Below, in pieces: positions 58,590 to 64,000 of a DNA stretch of 64,000 nt (positions are counted from its first letter, which is position 1; every line of letters begins with the position of its first letter). Made by a program: the position numbers and the translations under genes. The stretch lies in IMG/VR virus record IMGVR_UViG_3300032322_002561, positions 1-64,000 of that record. One strand, written 5' to 3'. The notes under the pieces were generated by a model, which did not search any database, was not told the DNA's origin, and worked only from the letters and a program-made list of their open reading frames with translations.

Positions 58590-59667
58590 ACATTCCTAAA
58601 AGTTCGGTCCAAAGCCGTTGACTAAATCCACCGTTGTAAAAATGATCAAAGTTATGCTCTACCACGGGCAAGCATCTGCGGTGTATTTCTTGACGCTCTT
58701 GCTGGCTCAAATTGTCAAGGTCTTTAAGTAATTTTACAATCTTTTCCATGCGCAGTCTATCATCGATTTCTTCATCATAGCTTTCATCAAATATGTCACC
58801 AAAGGTTTGGAATCCATATTCACGCATGTATGCCAAACTGCCTGCTGGTGCTACCAACACAAAAGGCATTTCTAGAGCAATGGCCTTGAAAGTTTTTTCT
58901 GTGATATGCAAACGGCGTCCAAAATATACAGTTTCTGTGGCCACGTATATCAAACTGTCAGCAGACTCTTCAAAATTGGTAAGCCAACAGCTGGCCATGT
59001 GTTGTGTGTCCTCGCCGCTGAACAATCTTGGCAATGTGGCTGCGGCAAACACTTGCTCAATGTCGGGATATATGTTATTATACTTAGAAGCAACTTGTGC
59101 TATATCAATGTTTTCGTACACACATGTTCTTGGAGCACTGATATGATTGTGCGCTAGATCATGTTTGAACACGTTATAAAGAAACAATACTCTATGATCA
59201 CGCTTGCCACCTACTATGCGATTGGGACTGATAAAAGTACGACTGGGTCGACGATTGCGAGCTCGAGCGATCAGAAAGGTTTTATCGTATCCACGGAACC
59301 AGTCCTGACTGGCCCAGCCGTGGAAAAAGTAGTAATGTGGAGTCCAGCCATACTGTTTGCACATAGCATCCACAAATTCTCCGCGTTCACTGACCACAAT
59401 GTGTCCAGGTGGTGTGTTTGGATATAAAATATCTCGATTACGTCTTTTTACATCTTGAAACAGGGGTTCGTGTAGATCCAGCCACACTGGTTCTTGATCA
59501 TGCATGTAAACATAGTCGGTTTCTATGATGTCATCCCTACCAAGATTAAATAAATGATCCTTGTCAGTGTGCCCAAACGGGTCACAAAAAAACAATCTTG
59601 TGCCTGGTCTGTGTTGTGCAAACCAAGGCCAAAATGTATGGTTGTAAATTTCATCAATTCTAATCAT
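58570..59667 (-). CDS. GT10-like glycosyltransferase-family protein
   Basis: KRDHR; IYVATET...HITEKTFKAI...MPFVLV...MREYGFQTF...DESYD. Confidence 0.6.
   Translation of the reverse strand: MIRIDEIYNHTFWPWFAQHRPGTRLFFCDPFGHTDKDHLFNLGRDDIIETDYVYMHDQEPVWLDLHEPLFQDVKRRNRDILYPNTPPGHIVVSERGEFVDAMCKQYGWTPHYYFFHGWASQDWFRGYDKTFLIARARNRRPSRTFISPNRIVGGKRDHRVLFLYNVFKHDLAHNHISAPRTCVYENIDIAQVASKYNNIYPDIEQVFAAATLPRLFSGEDTQHMASCWLTNFEESADSLIYVATETVYFGRRLHITEKTFKAIALEMPFVLVAPAGSLAYMREYGFQTFGDIFDESYDEEIDDRLRMEKIVKLLKDLDNLSQQERQEIHRRCLPVVEHNFDHFYNGGFSQRLWTELLGMFDEFRI
59546..59552 (+). promoter_or_regulatory. Possible internal late promoter TTAAATA for the 998-aa gene
   Basis: 113 nt upstream of ATG 59666, inside the antisense gene. 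Confidence 0.3.
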
Positions 59668-62662
59668 GTTTGACGTATTTTATATTGGGACTAAACCAAA
59701 TTTGTTTGCGCATGAGAAACCGTGTCGTGATATCACGCATGCACAGGAATTAAGTGGCACACGTTTTTGTTGGGTAGTGGATTATTTAACCGACTACACA
59801 GGCTTTGATTTTTTATGGGAACCCCCGCCCTGGCAGGCAGATTTTACACATGTTTGGCCCAGTCAGTGGGATCAGTACCATGCGGCATATTTGATTCCAA
59901 AACATGCCACAAGTCTTGATTATCACGCACACACCCAAACTCTTTGGCCCAAAAAGTTTCTAGACAATTATCAAACATTGGTGCCTTGTCAGTTTGATTA
60001 TTCATGGGTGCCACACCCGTGGGAACCACCATACATTTATGTGTTTGGTAATCAACACTATGCCAGCACCATCATGCCCACGGTGGAATATTATACACCA
60101 GGTGCCACAGAACGAAAGTTTGTTGATGACATAGCGGCTAGACTGTTGCCCTGTCGTGATAATTGGGAAATTCTTGAACCCATAGACCAAGAATCCTGGG
60201 ACTGGTCTTGGAGACCCGATCCAGGAGAACCTGCCTATATCTATGTGTTTGGCAATCAATGGAATCCGCCTGAATTCAAAGCCAGCGTGCGTTATGTTGT
60301 GCCCGGTGCCACACAAGTCAAATACATGGATCAGCGTACACGTCGACTACCACAGCCCGAACTGTTCCGTCACAATTTGCCTGTAGCAAAATTTGACTAC
60401 TCATGGGAACCCAATCCGTTTGATCCGCCCATGACCTATGTGTTTGGAAATCAATGGAATCCAGCAGTGCTAGAGCCCACGATAGTTTACAGCACTGGCG
60501 GCACAGAAATCAAGTATGTGGATGACATTGTGGCCACGATAGCCCAGGAAATGACATCATGGACTCTGTTAGACGATATAGAAACATTTGATTACAGTTG
60601 GAGACCCAATCCCACAGATCCGCCTTATATCTATGTGTTTGGAAATCAGTGGCTGACTCCTGAGCAACGTCCGGCTTTGCGTTATGCTGTGCCTGGAGCC
60701 ACTGAAATCAAATACATGCACGAACCTCGTGCTAGACGTGTAGGCAATCCTGAACTGTTTGTGCAATTGTATCCTTGTAACTTTGACTGGTCATGGGAAC
60801 CTGACCCTGGAAGCCCGCCTTATATCTACGTGTTCGGCAATCAATACTACCCCGCTGAAGTCATGCCCACAGTAGAATATCATGCGCCAGGTGCCACCGA
60901 GCGGAAATACATGGACGTGCCCGCACAGCTATTGCCGGATGACACATCGGCCTGGAAACTGTTGCATACCTGTGAATGGGACAAAACCTGGCGTCCAGAA
61001 CCAGGAAGTCCGGCCTACATTTATGTGTTTGGTAATCAGTGGTGGCCAGCAGAAAAAATGCCCACAGTAGAATATCACATGCAGGGTGCCACGGAACGCA
61101 AGTACATGACAGCGCCTGTGGCTCAACTACCTGTAGACATGACACAGTGGCATGTGCCCGAGGGCGTAGACGTGCGTGACATGGATTTTTCTTGGGTGCC
61201 CGATCCTGGTGAACCGCCTTACATATATCAGTTCGCTACACAACATCAAAAAACTGGTGGACCACAATACCGTGTGCCAGGCGCTGTTGAAGTCAAATAC
61301 TTGGATATGATGCGTGCCACAGTCACTAAAGAAGCTGTGCCCATATTTGAAATTGATCACTTGGATGGCAATGCCGGGCAGATTCCCAATACGGTGCGCC
61401 GCGTGCGTTACTTTGACAACTATCGAGACACCTTGATTCGCTTGGCTAAAAACCTCAAAGGCGAATACGAACATATATGGGTGTGCAGTAGCGTTTGTGA
61501 TTACACAGACTTTGACTTTAGTTGGCATCCAGAAATCTGGCAAAGCACCATGTTACATGTGTTTGCGTCAGACGGGGAAAAGTTTGGTGACACATTTTAC
61601 ATGCATGTGCCTACCTTTGCTGAACGTGCTGAGAAAAAAGAGTTGTTAGAATGGTACAGTGTAAACTATGTGTCACGTCGGAACGTGCCACGCAGGCCCT
61701 TGCCGATGATACAACACAATCATGACACACATGTCGAAGCAGTCAAAACCATGACATGGTCTGGGCCTTTGGCAGTGTTTGCCACAGAACCTGTAGAGCG
61801 AATTCCTCCTGTGCCACTATGGCGAGAAAAGACTAAAACGGTTGTGCCACTGAGTAAGGGTGCTAGTCAAGTCATAGTGCCCAAGGTGGCAGTGCCCTAT
61901 ATCAAAACTCAGTTGTATGATTATCCCTACATAGACAAGACACAACGACATCTTTGCAAAGAACAACCCTTGGACATAGTCTTCATTGACAACGGCGAAC
62001 CCAATGCTGAATCTAATTATCAGCACCTGGTGGAAGTGGCCAGCCTGACTTGGCGCAATCGTATACACCGCAGTACAGGAGTCACAGGCCGTGTGGCCGC
62101 ATATCATGCCGCAGCTGAACTAAGTAGCACACCTTGGTTTTTTGCTGTGTTTGCCAAGTTGCGTGTTGATAAAGATTTTGATTGGTTATGGCAACCAGAC
62201 CGTATGCAGGAACCCAAGCACTATATCTTCCATGCGTTTAATCCTGTGAATGGCTTGGAGTATGGGCACCAGGCCATGATTGCCTACAACAAACGATTGG
62301 TCCTGGCCAACCCAGGCACAGGACTTGACTTTACCTTGGATTCAGCACACGAAGTAGTGCCTATACTATCAGGTACGGCCCACTATACAGATTCGGCTTG
62401 GATGGCCTGGCGCACTGCGTTCCGCGAAGTAATCAAACTGCGTCACAGTTTGCCCAATGTAGAAAACGAATACAGATTAAACAAGTGGCTACAAGAAAAC
62501 AACGACAATGATCGTGCGATGTACAGTCATTTGGGTGCGCAGGATGCTGTGGAGTATTACGAATCTGTTAAAGGGGATGAAACAGAACTACGCAAGAGCT
62601 ATGACTGGGCCTGGTTGGCCAGTTATGCTTTGATCAAACGCAATCTAACAGCGAGTCAATAA
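59666..62662 (+). CDS. 998-aa protein: tandem about 65-aa W/Y/P-rich repeats plus a C-terminal GT-A-like domain lacking DxD
   Basis: Seven FDxSWxPxPxxPxYIYVFGNQ repeats; C-terminus aligns by eye to the 41298 GT (IVFIDNGEPNAE..., NPVNGLEYGH..., AWRTAFREVIKL). Confidence 0.85.
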   Translation: MFDVFYIGTKPNLFAHEKPCRDITHAQELSGTRFCWVVDYLTDYTGFDFLWEPPPWQADFTHVWPSQWDQYHAAYLIPKHATSLDYHAHTQTLWPKKFLDNYQTLVPCQFDYSWVPHPWEPPYIYVFGNQHYASTIMPTVEYYTPGATERKFVDDIAARLLPCRDNWEILEPIDQESWDWSWRPDPGEPAYIYVFGNQWNPPEFKASVRYVVPGATQVKYMDQRTRRLPQPELFRHNLPVAKFDYSWEPNPFDPPMTYVFGNQWNPAVLEPTIVYSTGGTEIKYVDDIVATIAQEMTSWTLLDDIETFDYSWRPNPTDPPYIYVFGNQWLTPEQRPALRYAVPGATEIKYMHEPRARRVGNPELFVQLYPCNFDWSWEPDPGSPPYIYVFGNQYYPAEVMPTVEYHAPGATERKYMDVPAQLLPDDTSAWKLLHTCEWDKTWRPEPGSPAYIYVFGNQWWPAEKMPTVEYHMQGATERKYMTAPVAQLPVDMTQWHVPEGVDVRDMDFSWVPDPGEPPYIYQFATQHQKTGGPQYRVPGAVEVKYLDMMRATVTKEAVPIFEIDHLDGNAGQIPNTVRRVRYFDNYRDTLIRLAKNLKGEYEHIWVCSSVCDYTDFDFSWHPEIWQSTMLHVFASDGEKFGDTFYMHVPTFAERAEKKELLEWYSVNYVSRRNVPRRPLPMIQHNHDTHVEAVKTMTWSGPLAVFATEPVERIPPVPLWREKTKTVVPLSKGASQVIVPKVAVPYIKTQLYDYPYIDKTQRHLCKEQPLDIVFIDNGEPNAESNYQHLVEVASLTWRNRIHRSTGVTGRVAAYHAAAELSSTPWFFAVFAKLRVDKDFDWLWQPDRMQEPKHYIFHAFNPVNGLEYGHQAMIAYNKRLVLANPGTGLDFTLDSAHEVVPILSGTAHYTDSAWMAWRTAFREVIKLRHSLPNVENEYRLNKWLQENNDNDRAMYSHLGAQDAVEYYESVKGDETELRKSYDWAWLASYALIKRNLTASQ
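59783..59789 (-). promoter_or_regulatory. Possible internal late promoter (G)TTAAATA for the minus-strand cassette
   Basis: 115 nt upstream of ATG 59667; same octamer as at 8975. Confidence 0.3.
59993..61320 (+). repeat. Seven tandem about 195-nt coding repeats
   Basis: Recurrent TATGTGTTTGG(T/C/A)AATCA; GCCCACAGTAGAATATCA occurs in two units. Confidence 0.9.
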
Positions 62663-63710
62663 CATACTCAACTTCTAGATCTGTCAGTTCAGGATAGATA
62701 GGCAAACACAGGGTTCTGCGACTCAAGGCCGACGCAACACTGAGTACATCGGGTCCTGGAAATTCATCGTAAGCTGGTAGCTCATGCAAGGGTTCCCAAG
62801 ACAAAATCTTGGTTTCAATTCTGCGTATTTCAAGATTGCGTTGTAGGATATCACGCTTGTCTACATCAATCACAAACTTGTTGACAGCATGAGTTCTATG
62901 ATTGGTCTCGTCTATGAGACTGCGTGCTCGAGTACCACGCAAGCGTTCCAGCCAATACCCTGCAATTTTACTACGTCTGCGTTGCCAGTCATCTAAGTAC
63001 CGGGTTTTGACCATGAGTTGGGCACAGTCAACTTCACTCATTCTTGAATTGGTGCCAATCATTTGATGATTTGGTTTACCATTGTTGCGCCAACTTCGTG
63101 CAAAATCCAACATATTAATATCATCAGTAACTATGGCACCACCGTTGCCGTAACTGTTGAAATTTTTCATAGGGTCAAAACTTATGGCTGTTACATTGCC
63201 CACACGTCTACATGCATCACTGAGCCAGTGCTGAGCACCATCTTCAATTATGATAGCATTGTTGTTCAAGTATTCGTGTTTGTTGATGCTTTGCCCATAC
63301 AAGCCCACGGCCACTGTGGCCTGTACACTTTGTTCACGATCAATTTTCTTATGATCCATTTGACCGTAGGCATCGGTATCTACTATGGTCACAGTCCAGC
63401 CAGCACGTTGAAAGGCATTTATAGTGGCCACATAAGTCATGGCCGGTATCAACACACGCGGTGGCCTAGGCATGTAACCTTGAGTGGCATAATATTCGGC
63501 AATGATTTCCAAGGCTTGTGTGCCCGAATGACAGGTTACAGCATATTTGGTACCGTTCTTTTTGGCTAGCCAATTTTCTAATTCGGCTGTGTAGTTGCCG
63601 TCCATGAGTCGACCACTGCGTAAAACTTCATCAGTGGCATCTAGTATTTCTGTTCTGAGATTGTTATACTGTTTTTTGATTCCAGTAAACGGAATTTGCA
63701 AGCCATTCAT
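62634..63710 (-). CDS. DegT/DnrJ/EryC1/StrS-family PLP-dependent sugar aminotransferase
   Basis: SGTQAL, PAMTYVAT, IEDGAQ, SFDPMKNFNSYGNGG (catalytic Lys), GTNSRMSE, LCLPIYP; start reassigned to ATG 63710. Confidence 0.93.
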   Translation of the reverse strand: MNGLQIPFTGIKKQYNNLRTEILDATDEVLRSGRLMDGNYTAELENWLAKKNGTKYAVTCHSGTQALEIIAEYYATQGYMPRPPRVLIPAMTYVATINAFQRAGWTVTIVDTDAYGQMDHKKIDREQSVQATVAVGLYGQSINKHEYLNNNAIIIEDGAQHWLSDACRRVGNVTAISFDPMKNFNSYGNGGAIVTDDINMLDFARSWRNNGKPNHQMIGTNSRMSEVDCAQLMVKTRYLDDWQRRRSKIAGYWLERLRGTRARSLIDETNHRTHAVNKFVIDVDKRDILQRNLEIRRIETKILSWEPLHELPAYDEFPGPDVLSVASALSRRTLCLPIYPELTDLEVEYVIDSLLDCV

Positions 63711-64000
63711 GATATATTTGAAATCCTTGTTCGACATCTACCTGTGGATCATATCCAAAATCTCGCTGTGCTGCTTCTATATTTAACGCACCGCGGCTGG
63801 GGAAATCCGCATCTTTGTCGTGAATTTCAATGCGCCCGCGACCTATCAACTCAACTATTTTTTGTGCGGCTTGTAAAAGTGTAACACTGTGACTCTTGGT
63901 GATGTTGTATGTTTTGTTTACTGCGTTTAAACTCAGTGCGGCACCCATTATGCCACGAGCGGCATCATCTACATAGGTAAAGTCCAAGGTTTCAGAAGCA
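63664..64000 (-). CDS. NAD-dependent NDP-sugar epimerase/dehydratase, C-terminal part (5' end outside window)
   Basis: ETLDFTYVDDAARG...YNI...RGALNI..A...FGY.P.V.VEQG. Confidence 0.85.
   Translation of the reverse strand, partial: ASETLDFTYVDDAARGIMGAALSLNAVNKTYNITKSHSVTLLQAAQKIVELIGRGRIEIHDKDADFPSRGALNIEAAQRDFGYDPQVDVEQGFQIYHEWLANSVYWNQKTV

Noticed and set aside
59993-61320. Possible CRISPR array or DGR template/variable repeats
   Set aside because: Units are in-frame degenerate coding repeats without constant repeat/unique spacer structure; differences are not adenine-specific, and no reverse transcriptase or cas gene is in the window
1-64000. Stop-codon reassignment, tRNA or rRNA genes
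   Set aside because: Standard code gives near-complete coding coverage with all three stops used as terminators; intergenic gaps are at most about 110 nt, and no cloverleaf was recognised

Overview
Gene-dense 64-kb segment of a large T4-like (contractile-tailed) dsDNA phage, standard genetic code. I saw no tRNA, rRNA, CRISPR array, integrase or transposase. The layout has five parts. (i) 1-8891 (-): a partial GIY-YIG nuclease, a radical SAM / SDR / B12-radical SAM mini-cluster, gp46 and gp47 separated by an AT-rich split glycosyltransferase-like insert, and the late sigma factor gp55. (ii) 9001-39088 (+): a late baseplate/tail operon (tube-initiator-like, gp53, hub, gp5, gp25, gp6, a 5065-aa gp7-like giant, tail fibre) with TAAATA late promoters. 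(iii) 39143-56384 (+): a tightly coupled sugar-synthesis/tailoring operon with GT-A and GT10-like glycosyltransferases, RmlB, six radical SAM enzymes (five with an N-terminal SPASM/twitch-like domain), DUF1289 and a carbamoyltransferase. (iv) 56381-59667 (-): a three-gene cassette (amidinotransferase plus two GT10-like genes) bounded by a shared double stop (TTAA) and a shared double start (CATG). (v) 59666-64000: a 998-aa repeat/pseudo-glycosyltransferase protein, a DegT aminotransferase and a partial NDP-sugar epimerase. The main candidate novel system is a phage-encoded, aminoglycoside-like glycan build-and-tailor pathway (8 radical SAMs, about 10 GT-like loci, and amino-, amidino- and carbamoyltransferases) next to the tail-fibre genes. 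All family calls come from motif recognition by eye, with no database search. Several start codons were reassigned from the ORF track, and four ORFs absent from the track were added (1-359 partial, 35521, 54696, 54794).
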